Assembly (NCBI GenBank): GCA_951406725.2
Contig: OX597842.1
Span: forward strand, 15,314,001-15,378,000
Reading direction: 5' to 3'
Origin: Octopus vulgaris
Lineage: Eukaryota
Length of the DNA stretch: 64,000 nt
Shown here: positions 1 through 64,000 of the stretch, piece by piece
Numbering within the stretch: position 1 is the stretch's first letter
Layout: every line of letters starts with the position of its first letter
Made by a program: the position numbers and the translations under genes
Notes under the pieces: model-generated
What the model was told of the DNA's origin: nothing
The model's database searches: none
The model's input: the letters and a program-made list of their open reading frames with translations, nothing else

Positions 1-720
1 TTGGCAATGGAATGTAGGCGGCTGACCGGATGCATTCTTAGAACGTTTAGAACAAGAGACCAGGAAACCATGATGGTCCTCTAGAGGACACTTGTCCTAA
101 CCCACTTTGACAATTTCTCTCAGCTATGGTCACCAACCAGTGTCAAATTAATCGCAGAACGTGAGACAATACAACGAAGCTACACGAAGAAGATAGCCTC
201 TATGCAGTATATAAACTATTGGAAAAGACTCAAGAGATTAAGACTCTATTCTGTAGAGCGTAGGCGAGAAAGATATGCCATAATATACATCTGGAAGATC
301 CTGGAAAGACTTGTCAAAAGCTTTGGCATCCAGAGTTACACAAATACTAGAACTGGGCGCCACTGCATAGTGTCAATGACTCCAAACTTGCCATCAATAT
401 GTAGGAAAATATACTGCAGTAGCCTGGGCTTTAGAGATCCGCAGCTCTTCAATATCCTCCCGATGGACCTGAGACACCTGCATGGGGTGGATGCAGGTGT
501 CTTCAAAATAATGCTGGACCTCTTCCTGTCAGATGTCCCAGATGAACCAACTTCACGGCAATAGGTGCAGATGAGTGCAGCTGCATCGAACTCTCTCATG
601 CACCAAATGCCAATTGCTACAAAGCATTCGTGAAGTAGAATTATGTAGCAACACCAAATGTCAGAGCCCCAGCATGACCACATCTCCTGAGCTGAAACTA
701 GATGAAATAAATAAAAAAAA
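1..720 (+). mobile_element. 3' end of a CR1-like LINE (RT C-terminal region, degenerate)
   Basis: Translation ILRTFRTR…TLVL.H.D..SQLWSP…E.IQR.YTK.I…Y..RL..L.LYS.ERRRERY.IIY.WKI, with an in-frame stop near 82 and an A-rich 3' end. Confidence 0.8.
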
Positions 721-731
721 TTACACATATA

Positions 732-2915
732 ATCACATACAAAACAATTCTAAATTGCTTATAATCACGTTCATCATTTCCTTGATTGTCATCATCAACA
801 GAGTACTTAACATCATCATCATTGTCATCATTATCTAACATCCATGTTCCTTTCTGGCTTGGACTGGACAGAATCCAATGACTGCACTGCGCTCAAATGT
901 CTGTTTTGGTCTCCTATTTCTGGTTAGATGCCCTTCATAACATCAAGCACTTTACAGCATGGGCTCAGTGCTTTTTATCATACTACCCGACTATTGAGGT
1001 TGCCATGCAGGTCGCAGAACTACAAATCCTCTGGGGTGGGGTCAGTTTCAGGCTAGTGGATAAGGGAATGATCTAAGAGAAGGAATTAGGGATTTGCATA
1101 TTTTTGATCCTCTTTTGTAATTAATGACCAGGAGACTGCACCTAGTGTTTATGGATGACCGGGAGTCACCCATGCATAACAGAGTACCGTCTCCATGCCA
1201 ACAATGTTATCCAATGGCAAGACAAGGACAGATACAGCTTCGGCGCAGTGATGCCACAACTCATTTCAACAGCTGAGTGGACTGGAGTAACGTGAAATAA
1301 AGTGTCTTGCTCAATAACTTCAAAACACAGCCCGTTCCATGAATCGAACTCACTATCTCCTGATTGTGATCCTGTCGATGTTACGATTGACCCATGTACT
1401 TTCACTCAGCGGAAGGAGAGTGAAAGAGAAAACGAAGAGTAGAAACTACAAGAGATAGATGATGGTAACGAAGTGACTAGTTGAGGCCATGAGGTAAATT
1501 GCAAAGCATTCGATACAGAGTCTGTAATTATGTGCCAAAAATAGTTTGCGCGAGATATGGCTTCTATTTCTAGCATGTAGATAGCCTGGTTGAAAACGGT
1601 AGAATCGGGAGGTGAGGTTTATTTTGTTGCTTTAGAATAAATGGCATTTTACAAACAATGACTTTTTTTAGAATCATTATCTCCAAAGAGATAAAAATGA
1701 GAAGTTGGAGTAATGCTGTAATAAGATCTATAGAACATCCTTACATCGAAGGTTTTAGCAGTTTGCTCTTTACCTTGGATTTCTTTCATCCATTGGATTG
1801 TGGCCATGCTGTAGCACTGCCTTCAAGAGTTTCTGACGGGTTAACTGGATCTGTTTATTTATTTATTTGTAATCTGTTCTTATTATTCCGTCCTGTATCG
1901 CTGAACGTTGCTTTATAGAGACATAAACAAAGCAACACCGCGAAAGGCAGCGATCGTAGGATTAGGACACCCATAAACATGAAGACTCAAACATACACAC
2001 ACACACACAAACACACACACTCATATACACACCCACACACACACACGTAGAAACTTTACAAGCTCCGAAATAAACGGAACGTTAGGGGTTAAGGCCCATC
2101 TCTAACCTAAGATAGACCAAATATATATATACATATATTATCATATACAAAACAATTCTAAATTGGTTATAACCATGCTCATCATTTCCTTGATTGTCAT
2201 CATCAACAGAGCAAATAACATAATCATAATTGTCATCATCACCTAACATACATGTTCCTTTTCTGGCTTGGTCTGGACAGGATCCAAGGACTGTACTGCG
2301 CTCAAATGTCTGCTTTGGTCTCCTATTTGTGGTTAGATGCCTTTCCAAACATCAACCAATTTACAGCATGGGCTCAGTGCTTTTTATCATACTACCCGAC
2401 TATTGAGGTTGCCATGCGGGTCGCATAACTACAAATCCTGCGAGGGTGGGGTTAGCTTCATGCCTGTGGATAAGGGAATAATCTCAGAGGAGGCGGTAGG
2501 GTAGTTTTGTTTTTTGTAGATCCACTTTGGTAATGAATGACCAGGAGATTGCACCTAGAGAGTTCCCCACCAAGGTACATATCCGGAAAAAATTGTGTAT
2601 GGATGACCGGGCGTCACCCATGCATAACAGAATACCGTCTCCATGCCAACAATGTTATCTGAGGGCAACGCAAGGACTGATACAGCTTCGGGGCAGTGAT
2701 GTCACAACACTTTTCAACAGCTGAGTGAACTGGAGTAATGTGAAATAAGAGTATCTGCGGACGTGCCAAAAAAAGTTAGCGTGAGATATGGCTTATATTT
2801 CTAGCATGTGGATAGCCTGGTTGAAACCCATAGAATCAGGAGGCGAGGGTACTTTTTCTCTTGACTAACTGGAATTTTACAATGTTTTTTTGTTTTTAGA
2901 ATCATCATGTCCAAA
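732..2915. repeat. Old local direct duplication (about 732-1687 and 2140-2915)
   Basis: Colinear sequence from atcaYatacaaaacaattctaaattg to tttttagaatcatYatStccaaa. The second copy lacks about 220 bp containing the SINE head. Confidence 0.85.
1166..1405 (-). mobile_element. tRNA-derived SINE (gagttcgattc B-box-like; ttgagcaagacactttatttcac core)
   Basis: Pol III B-box-like motif followed by a SINE core-like segment; partial second copy at 2600-2750. Confidence 0.55.
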
Positions 2916-3376
2916 CATTTCTACGTATTTCCCAAGAAAAGATAAAAAGATGGATACAACTGAGTGGGCAAACAAAAATATGAGACACTGCCTCGTGCCT
3001 TTTCTTAAATTTTGATAAGTCTGTTACTGATTCTATCAGTTTCTTCTTGTCAAAGTATCATTTTCTTATTGTGCGTTGACTAGATTCGTTGGATGTAATT
3101 GTGAAAAATTACAGCCAACGAATCTAGTCAACTCAAAAGACAGCTGGTATACCCCCACCCCACAAAACACCACCACGTGGACTTTGTTGAGACTAGTAAG
3201 AAATAATTATGAACCTTTCATTACACTTAACTTTATAAAACTATTTTTGATGAGGTTCGTTTCTTCAAGAAGAACCGATACATGTAATATCTCTAAGAAA
3301 CTTAAAATTTATCTCATATAGTGGCGTTTTAAACTTCTTTTTTATAAATATATACCCATTCGTATGTCACCTTCGC

Positions 3377-3473
<97 letters not shown>

Positions 3474-3714
3474 GATTGCTGGATTTCAGTTTCTGTCTAC
3501 AAAATTCACTGACAAGGCTTTGGTTGGTCTCAGGCTATAGCAGAAGACACATGCCAAGTCACCACACAGTGCTGATGCGCCCAGGACCCTGTGTTTTGGA
3601 ATCAATTTTGTTACCACACTGCCACACCTGCACTTATGTATATATATTTGTGTGTGTATGTATGCGTGCAGGGGTGTATATATGTATGCATGTACACATG
3701 TGTATTTATATATA

Positions 3715-4989
3715 TACGAGGGGCGTTCAATAAGTAATGCCTCTGACCCACTTGCCTTCGTTTGATCTAGCTGAAACTTTGCATTTGCAATTATTTAAAT
3801 TTTTAAAGATTACGTGGCAAATTACAGCTCCGAACTAATTGTGGTTTCTGATTTACAGGTGTTTGAAATGAGTCAAGTGGGAAATGGAGCCTGTTGAGTG
3901 TCGAGCAGTGATCCGGTTTTTGTATTTGAAATGACGCACACCGCAGGAGACTTTTGATGAAATGAAAGTAACTTATGGTGATGATGCCCCATCATATGAC
4001 CTTGTAAAACGCTGGCATCGTGAATTCAAACATGGTCGGAACTCTGTGGAAACAGCTCCCAGATCTGGTCGCACCCCTTCTGTCCGTCAAGTTGAGGCTG
4101 CCATTTTGAATGATCGACGCATAACTATTCGCCAAATAGCCCATGAGGTCAAGATTAGTACTGGGTCTGTGGAAACTATCATTCATTACCATTTGCATAT
4201 GCAAAAGGTGTCTGCCAGATGGATTCCCAGGTTGCTCACACTTTTCCAGAAGCAAGAATGCGTCGAGTGCTCGAGGATGAATTTAGGGATGTGCCAAGAT
4301 GAGTCAAACTTTTTCAAAAGACTGATTACACAGGATGAGACCTGGGTCCATCACTATGATCCATAGACCAAAGCCCAGTCAATGCAGTGGAAGCACCATG
4401 ACTCACCTCCTCCAAAGAAAGCAAGGGTGCAGCCCTCCGCTGGGAAGGTCATGCTCACAGACTTTTGGGACCAGGACGGAGTAGTGATGACAGATTTCCT
4501 GGCAAAGGGTACCACAATTACAGGAGCCTATCATGCTTCACCTTTGAGGAAATTAAGAGAAGCTATCAAAACCAAGTGGCGGGGCAAGATCAGCAAAGGC
4601 ATCCTCCTCTTGCAGGACAACGCTCCGGTCCACAACTCGCGTGTCGCCAGATCAGAGGCACAGGCGTGCGGCTATGAACTCTTCCCCCATCCCCCTACAC
4701 TCCTGACCTTGCACCCTCTGATTTTCACCTCTTCCCAGCCATGAAGTTGTTTTTGAAAGGAAAGCGTTTCCCAGATGATGCAGCCTTGATTTCTGAAGTC
4801 ACGTCGTAGTTGGACGACCAGGCTGGGGTCTTCTACGAACACGGTCTCCAGAGCTGCATCAAACGATGGGAGAAATGCGTAACTCTGGGTGTTTCCTATG
4901 TAGAAAAAGACTAATAACTGTGCCAAGTTTCGTTGCTCTACTGCTATGGGAAGTGGATCAGGGGCATTACTTATTGAACGCCTCTCGTA
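3715..4989 (+). mobile_element. Full-length mariner (DD34D, irritans-like) with disrupted transposase (3884-4914)
   Basis: TIRs tacgaggggcgttcaataagtaatgcc / ggcattacttattgaacgcctctcgta, set in (TA)n. Motifs WIPR, TQDETW, QDNAP, PDLAPSDF. Two stops and a frameshift. Confidence 0.95.
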
Positions 4990-5209
4990 TATATATATAC
5001 ATATGTACATATTACATGTACATATAGATATATAAATATATATATATACGTATACACATATACATCTATACATACATTCATACATATATATATATACATA
5101 TGCATCTATACATATATATATATAGATACACATGTATATATATGCATATATATATATATATTATATCATATATATTCACACACACAGACACACACATATA
5201 TATATATAC

Positions 5210-5246
<37 letters not shown>

Positions 5247-5638
5247 CCTTAAAATTGTTTCATCCCGAAAGCTGTGGCCATGCTGGGACACTACCGTTGA
5301 TTGCGCTACACTAGTATGTGAAACCCCTCTGATACGTGGTCAATAAGGGAGTTCTATATATACATTATTGAATTATAATAGTCATAATGCACACACACAC
5401 ACACATATATATATATACATATCTATATATATACATATATATATATATATAAACATACGTGAAACATGTTTCGATATGTATTCAAATATATATACGCATT
5501 TTAAGTCGAATTTATAAATGTATGAATATGATTGCCTAAGTTCAGTTTATATTTTAATTCCTATCTTTTGTCTCAGTTTCGACCATAGCACTTCTTTCTA
5601 GCAGTTATATATATTTCCTAAGAATTATATATATATAC

Positions 5639-6642
5639 TGATATGGAGGTCAGTTGAGAAACAGAGTGCTTGTGGCCTGGTGTTGTGATTTGGCGCCTGG
5701 CAGGCGGATAAAGCTTTTTGTTCTGTCGGTTTCTGGAAAGATTAATGAGTTTGGAAGAGACCTCTGCCCCCTGTTCCGGTCAAGCAGAGTTTAGGAAACC
5801 ACCCTTTAAAATGCAACGCGCGGTGTTGGTTTGGGCAGTTCTGTCTGAGACAGTGAGAGGGCCGGAAGAGACAGTCAGTTGGCAAAAGACAGCAGCCAAG
5901 AAGGTGGCGATAACGAGAGGATGACAACGTTGAGAAAGACAGACAGAGAGCATTGGGAACATGTAGAGCGAGAGAGGAAGATTACGGCGTGAAGGCATTG
6001 GCTATCTGTAGTAGGAGCTCGTAAGGGTATGTGTTGTTTATCTTTTGATGTGAAATGTAAAAGAAAGAATTGTGACGTAACTTGTAATCTGTGATGAAGA
6101 GAAAAAAGAATTGTTGAACTAAAAAAGAATTGATGCGTCAAAGAAAAAAAAGAAAGAAGGAAAAGAGGAAGAAAAGAAATGAGACTATAAAGAACATTGT
6201 GAATTGAGGGAAAAGAGGAAGAAAAGAATTAGAAAGAATTTAATGTTGAACTGTTTTCATTTGTCTCCGGACTTGGTGTATCCTGAACTGTTTGATCGTT
6301 TTTGAACGACGTGTTGTGTTTAAATGCTTTGATTTTGCTGTTTTCTTGTTAATTATGTTGCATGCTTTTTTCTTTAATGTATCTGCTATGTTTCACATTG
6401 TATTTGATGTCGTAATAATTGTTATAAACTGTTGTTAACTGTAAATTATTGCCTTCCGCCGTGTATCTCTTCCTGCTGTTGTTGTTGCTCTTATCTGCGG
6501 TCGCCGGTTCGAGTTCACTGCCATCCCCCACCACCGTTCTTTCTCTGTGGCGGATTCCCGGTTCGACTGAGCCGGTCAATCGTCGTCGCTCGACTTAGTA
6601 GTGTCCCGGGTTCGAAGTTTGAGCGACGGCAGGTTTCGTAAC

Positions 6643-6643
<1 letters not shown>
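5639..6643. mobile_element. About 1 kb solo-LTR-like interspersed repeat (copy 1)
   Basis: TGATATG…CGTAACA termini form an imperfect TG…CA inverted repeat. No convincing ORF. Homologous to 47646-48654. Confidence 0.55.
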
Positions 6644-6739
<96 letters not shown>

Positions 6740-7038
6740 TAGATGTACACTGTCAATTTAACGTGACAGTAGGGGATTACACCACCGCTGTTTAGCCCTA
6801 GGAAGCACCTGCAGCTAGCAGGCTTTTGCTACTCTAGACCGATGATGGGCAAAGACCCTGAAACATGCGTGTCTCTAGATGCAGGCCTAGCTGTTGAGGG
6901 TATTTGTCTCCCCTTCGTAAATATATATAAAGATACCATAAATGTGTCGAAGCCGACAGGAAGCGTTCGATGCTTCCTAGGGCTAAACAGCGGTGAGGTA
7001 ATCCCCTACTGTCACGTTAAATTGACAGTATACAACTA
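6740..7038. mobile_element. Fold-back Penelope-derived mini-element with about 68-bp inverted arms
   Basis: Arms 6740-6807 and 6971-7038 are near-perfect reverse complements, with an internal hammerhead motif. Confidence 0.75.
6833..6879 (+). ncRNA. Type I hammerhead ribozyme motif (CCGAUGA core variant)
   Basis: tctaga-CCGATGA-tggg(caaaga)ccct-GAAACA(tgcg)TGTC-tctaga: stems I-III and a GUC triplet. Confidence 0.65.
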
Positions 7039-7093
7039 TCATATCGCCCCATCACCGTACATATCTCTATGAGATATTTAGAAATTTAATATT

Positions 7094-7157
<64 letters not shown>

Positions 7158-7173
7158 CCCATTTATACATACA

Positions 7174-7219
<46 letters not shown>

Positions 7220-7224
7220 TATGT

Positions 7225-7419
7225 ATCGTGAAGTATATAAGTATATTTGTCACTTAAATGTGGCTAATCCTTAAGGATGGATGCTACCGTAGCTTGTAGC
7301 CCCAGGAGGACACCTCCTCCAGCTGGCTATTGACGCACATTCTGTGCCCTATCTGTATTTGCAAAGGGAAGCCATCCTTAAGGGTTAGCCATATTTATGT
7401 GACAAATATACTTCACGAT
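7225..7419. mobile_element. Second fold-back mini-element, related to 34210-34430
   Basis: Inverted arms atcgtgaag…ccttaaggatgg / ccatccttaagg…cttcacgat. The loop matches the reverse complement of 34300-34420. Confidence 0.7.
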
Positions 7420-7519
7420 GTCGTGCAGCTACTGTTTATACCTCGCTCAGAGATTTATTATATATCTTCATTCGAACTTACTAAAACTTTCTCGTCGTTG
7501 CTAAGTTTACCTAAGGACT

Positions 7520-8050
7520 CATACCAGTTTAAAACTCAGGGCACTAAGTAAATACACATAGATTCATACGGGAGAGAAGCCTTATCATTTTAATGTCTGT
7601 GGTAAATCCGTTTGCAGACGAGAAACGATATTAGCGTTCAGTTTGTGGTAAACCTTTCTCTGTAAGAAGCCATTTAACTAAGAATAAATTCATTCATCGG
7701 AGAGCGAAACCATACCATTGTGGTGTCTCTGGGAAATCTTTCTCTAGAAATTGTGGCCTGACTAAACACAAATGCACTCATACAGCGGAAAGAAAGCAAC
7801 ATCTCTATGGCATCTGTGGTAAATCATTCTAACAAATGACTATTTTAACTATTCAAAAGGAATTGATTCAGGAGAGAGACCATTCCAATTCGATGTTTAT
7901 GGGAAATCGTTCCCAACAAGTAGTAAAGTAACTTTACACAAACATATTCATACTGGACAAAAAAAAAACATATCACTTTTATATCTGTGGAAAATTATTC
8001 TCTCAAAATGGTTCTTTTCATTCAGAAGAGAAAGCATATTACTGAGGCAT
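7520..8050 (+). pseudogene. Degenerate tandem C2H2 zinc-finger array
   Basis: IHTGEKPYHFNVCGKS, KPYHCGVSGKSFS…LTKHKCTHT and HKHIHTG motifs, with lost Cys residues, stops and frameshifts. Confidence 0.85.
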
Positions 8051-9647
8051 CTTACTGATATTGTGGCATATCATTAAAAAAAGACAACTATACGTGGATC
8101 TAATTGTACAAAAGAGTTACTGTTTCAGTGTCAAAAATCATTTGATGATAGAAATATCTTATATAAGAATAAAGGATCCCACACAGCAAAGACGATTTAA
8201 CTGGATGTTGCAACAACCGTTTAACATTGTATTTTAAAGAACCATATTGACATTTATATCAGTAAAGGTGCTTAACTAATCCAAGCCTAAGTTACCAAAT
8301 TCACCATTGAAAATAGTTACAGCCTAAAGGGAGATAATTAGGAAACACTTGAATGTTGACTTAAGATCGTAATTATGTAAAGTAACTGTAACGAATAAAC
8401 CAGAATTCTTGTCCGGTACCGGGTAACTTCCAAGATCTAATCAGTTAGTGCTTGTCAGGACAAACATACCTGAACCTTTCGTCGAATCCATCCCATGGTT
8501 CTTGTGATATCTTGTCCACGGACAAACAACTACATCTGAAAACAATATCTCCGCCTTCGCTAAGGCGGATGTAATAAATGATAGTTTAGCCCTGTGAAGT
8601 CTGAATAAGTTTTTTCATTAATTATTTTTTCTTTGTGTATTTTAACTTAAACAATACTTATTCATCAAAGAAAATTTATATTGAGCCTTTTTTTTTATTA
8701 CTGGGCATATTATGCTAAGTAAGTTATATTTGGGAAGAAAGAGTTTGAATTGAAAAAGATGTTTATAAGTTATGTTCAGTTGCGAAACCTATGGAATTTC
8801 CACTAAGTTTTCTTAATTTATATAATTTTATTTCTTTCTTTTATAATCATGATCCATTTATGTTTTTTGTATTTGAGGTGAATGTTAAGTTGCGTGTCAT
8901 CATTATTAGTATCATCAAAGTGTTTTATGTTAATTCTCCACACTGGTATGGACTGGATATGTATGTCATATCTTTCATATCACTTTCAAGTCACAGATTT
9001 CTGAGTTCCCATCTCATCCATCTTTGTGAATATTCTTAATGAACTGAAAATAAGGTAAAGTTGGTTGAATTTTCAATTATTGCCCTATCATGTTATATGG
9101 ATAAATTCTCACTCACACTTGTACGGATATAATTATAAGCAACAGGATGTGTAAACATAACCAATTTATTATAAAATTTTGTTTATTTCTCTCAACGAAT
9201 CTTCAATGGTAATTAGATGTTATGTACGTTTTTGAAATTATTTGGTACCAAACTCCTGATTTATTCAATGTAGTCAGTCCGGGATGCGAATACAAATGTT
9301 TGTGTTAATGTTTAAAGAGAATACAAGTTAAGAGGCAGAAATACATACATTTCTCTGGTTGTAAACGCAGTGGTTTGTGAAATGTTTATTATCAGATTAA
9401 GTAAGACAATGACAAGTGAGAGACCTGATAATAATAATAATTAGATAACGGATTATAAATCTAATCAGCTAATAACCATGATGCACATTTTTAGAGGAGT
9501 AATTAGTAACTGAAGAAATAATCAATGTCTCTCTCTCTCTCTCTCTCTCCCTCTCCCTTTCTCAGACACGATTTGAACTAAGATTGCAATATTGCGATGC
9601 TTCAACTAAAAGTAAAATAGATTGTACAAAGAAAACACATTGACTAC

Positions 9648-9653
9648 TTTATT
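9648..9653 (-). terminator. Candidate polyadenylation signal of the aGPCR
   Basis: AATAAA on the minus strand followed by a GU/U-rich tract (…tgtgttttctttgt…). Confidence 0.45.
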
Positions 9654-9922
9654 AAGAAAAACTGAAGATTATACTGAAAATTAAAAATGAAATTGGCAGC
9701 TAGAAAACATCTATAGAATTACAAATCAAACCATATGATTTTAGATTTTGCGTGTTAAAGAAAAAGGAAAAGGTACTAAACCGTGTTTAAATTACATTGT
9801 GCTTTATACAGTCTCTCAGTTTCATAGTGTTGTATTGATAGATAAAAATAAAGTTCTTTTGTATAGAAATATGTATAGAGAAAAATGAGGTTTTCAAAAC
9901 CATTTGTTTTTCATATTTTTAG

Positions 9923-61335
<51,413 letters not shown>

Positions 61336-61666
61336 CTGGAAAAAAGAAATAAGTATTCTATAAGTTAGAATATGTACAATTAATAAGTCTGTTTTCTACT
61401 GTTAATATACTGTCTAAACAAAGCAAATAAAAGCTCATGTTTACTGCAAAGATGTTTATTTCTCTATGAGTTTTCTGCCTATAGTTTGGACAAGAGTAGT
61501 TTCCATTAATCTCACTTAGATATCCTGAGGGAAGAGAAGGTTTCTGTGATAACCGATTAACAAAAGATGGACGAAAATAAGCTATAAGAATAAGACATCG
61601 AGACATTGTTTTGTGCAGGATGTTGGTTTTACATCACATTCTCACCGAATGTACAAATATTATATA

Positions 61667-62103
61667 CTAGCAGCATAGCCCGGCGTTGCCCGGATATGTA
61701 AGAGCCCCTAGTAGGCAACGACTAATCCCAATCTATTCGTTTCCCTCTAGGGAACGAAGGCGCATGTGTAGGTTGCAATGTCTTCTCTTCACTCGAATAC
61801 TTCAGTGTATACGATGTTCCTAGCTGTCCCTTTGGGCGATAAAAAGGCCGAGTTGTGACCCGTAGACAGAAAATGTGTTGCATATAAAAAGCTTAGATTC
61901 TCGACCCCATGTCGAATTTATCGATATTTTCAGAACTGGGGGAACTTTTTAAAATTTACACTGCGTTAGTTTTGAATTATGATATTGGGCTATGTGTGTG
62001 TCAAGTTTCATCAGAATCGGTTGAAAGCCGTGGTCAGGGTGAGGGTACAACCTGACAGACACACAGACACAGACAGACAAACTGCCGTTTATATAGAGAG
62101 AGA
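61667..62103 (-). mobile_element. Non-autonomous Helitron (437 bp)
   Basis: Minus strand A|TCTCTCTCTATATAAA… ccgg-gcaacg-ccgg hairpin …GCTGCTAG|T. Confidence 0.8.
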
Positions 62104-62261
62104 TTCCAAGAGCAATATAATGACGAAATTGCAAAAATCAATCATGAATAATTAAAACACTTATCTTAACACCAATTCACAACTTTAAGAAACATATTCA
62201 AAATATATGTAGGAATTAATGTTCGTCTCTAAACTGTTTTGAAAAACATATATATCTTTCA

Positions 62262-63279
62262 TATTAGGTCGTCAAGTATGAAAATTATCGAAAACCAATG
62301 TTTTTTTAAATACAAGGAATAGTTTTATTCTTCAATATATGCACCCATATTTTCAATACACTTTTGCCATTTCAGCGGTAGCCTGTGCAGCCCGGAACTG
62401 TAAAAGCCTGGCAGTCTAGAGACAATAAATTCCTGGAAGGCTTGTTTTACAGCATCATCGGAATTTCTTTTTCCTAACAAAAATCTAGCGAAATTCTGAA
62501 AGATGTGGTAGTCAGTGGGGACAATATCGGGTGTGTAGGTAGATGAAGGAGAGCTTCCAACTCGAAACCCTGTAGTTTCGCCAAAGTTATTTTTCCGTTG
62601 TGTGATCCGGCGATGTCTTGCAGTAAAATAGGATTGATCTGTTGACTAATCTAGGTTGTTTTTGTACTTTTCTGCATTATTTGTTCCAGCTGGCTGCAGT
62701 GTACTTCGGCTGAGATTAATGAGCCAGGGGTAATGAAATCATAACGGATCACACATGGACCAGACCACCAAACACACACCAACAGCTTCTTTTGCGTTTT
62801 GGACTGTGTTTTGGTGGCTCGTCTTGGTCCAGCCATTGTGGTTAACCTCTACAGTTGAGGCATTGGATCGATTCTGATTCAAAAATAATTCTTTTTGCGA
62901 TGAGAAACTAGCATAATGTAGGCTTCCAAACGTTGCTATTTCTGATTTTTATTGAATACATGTCGAAGCCACTTATCCAACGTTTTCACTTTACCGATTT
63001 GAACTAGGTGAGTCAATATTGTTTGCTAACACAAAACAACAACAATAATTCACAGGCACTTTGAGATGGATCAGACTCGACGGTTGCTTTCAGTTTGAAA
63101 ATATCCAACTTTGTTTCTGGTCGACCGCATTTCTCATTTGTGAGATCAAAATTACCAGAACTAGATTTTGCAAACCAATTTGATACTGTCTGCTGTGTAA
63201 TAACATTAGAATGAAATTCCCCATTCATATTCCGAGCTGTCAGTGATGCTGTATTTCCAAGAGAGAACTCATATTTCAA
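62262..63279 (-). mobile_element. Degenerate mariner lacking its 5' TIR
   Basis: YEF..G.TA…ARN.N…WF..F.SG.FDL..E..GRP, KKLLVCVWW, LLQD.A.SH, PDI.PTDYH.F, GAYIEE-stop. Confidence 0.88.
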
Positions 63280-64000
63280 AACTGTAAAAATGTTAATTGC
63301 AGACTGGTTAAAGATGGCTGATGTTGGAATATTGATGTCCAGATATCATCCATATTTGAAAAGTTCACCTGTTGTTTCAGTACCCAGTCACATTGCAGTA
63401 GCTGCTGAGTAAGACAACTCCTTCCCGGACAGAAGCCATTCTGTATGTTAGTGAATAGGTTTTGTTCTCGAAATGTAATCAACTACTTTCCGACAACGAG
63501 TCTCATAACTTACCTAATATGTGAGATCAGAGAATTATACCTGTAATATTTAGAGTTTTCTCTACTTCCTTCTTAATCAATATAACCTCTTCTAACACTT
63601 TGGAATGTTTGCCCAAATGTACGGAAGCTCTGGAAACGTATCTGCAGTAGTTCTGGAAGGGCTTTCTTGCAAATCTTTAAAAGCATTCCTAGAAAACCAT
63701 TAGAGCCGTGACTAAGTTCACATCGAAATAACAGATGTTTACTTTCTTTTCTGTAGGAACATATCAAGCTTGCTTATTTGCATATTTTCTAATGAGGAAT
63801 TGAAAGCATTTGCGAATTGTTAATTGAGTATTTCGCTCATCCTCCTGGCCATAGGCTGTAGCGCACTAAGGTAATTACTTTTGAAAACTGTAGAAGTCAC
63901 TAGTGTTCGTTTTTATATTTTCATCTGATTCGGTTTCGCTTTTTCGCAGCTTCTTTTCACAAGAGAATGTGATGGTAGTGTTGGTGAAGGGGAGGAGGAG
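63280..64000 (-). mobile_element. CR1-like LINE RT fragment
   Basis: G.NGF…LLK.C…L, Y..I.LISHI, Q.GF.PGRSCLTQ.L motifs; frameshifted. Confidence 0.8.

Overview
AT-rich, repeat-dense eukaryotic DNA, most likely from an octopus (coleoid cephalopod). This is inferred from the SINE families, the HTGEKPYHCDICGKSF-type C2H2 relic and the very high (TA)n content. The main feature is a minus-strand adhesion GPCR gene. I rebuilt it by hand from 17 phase-compatible GT-AG exons (61335 down to 9923); its 5' end lies beyond the window. Its domain order is unusual: LRR, LRR-CT, Ly6/uPAR three-finger domain, HRM, GAIN/GPS, 7TM. An in-frame TGA (12800-12802) follows helix 8. Beyond it lie 13 more open codons, a GTAAGT donor and a phase-matched terminal coding exon with its own stop and polyA signal. 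The 31-residue tail is therefore lost to a nonsense change or reached only by recoding (A-to-I editing or readthrough). Introns and flanks contain mariner, Tc1, maT and pogo DNA transposons, Helitrons, CR1, R4 and Tx1-like LINE fragments, SINEs, solo-LTR-like repeats and a Penelope-like element. About ten Penelope-type hammerhead ribozyme motifs are present, including fold-back mini-elements and U3-A8 core variants. All calls come from manual reading; no database searches were run, and repeat boundaries are approximate.
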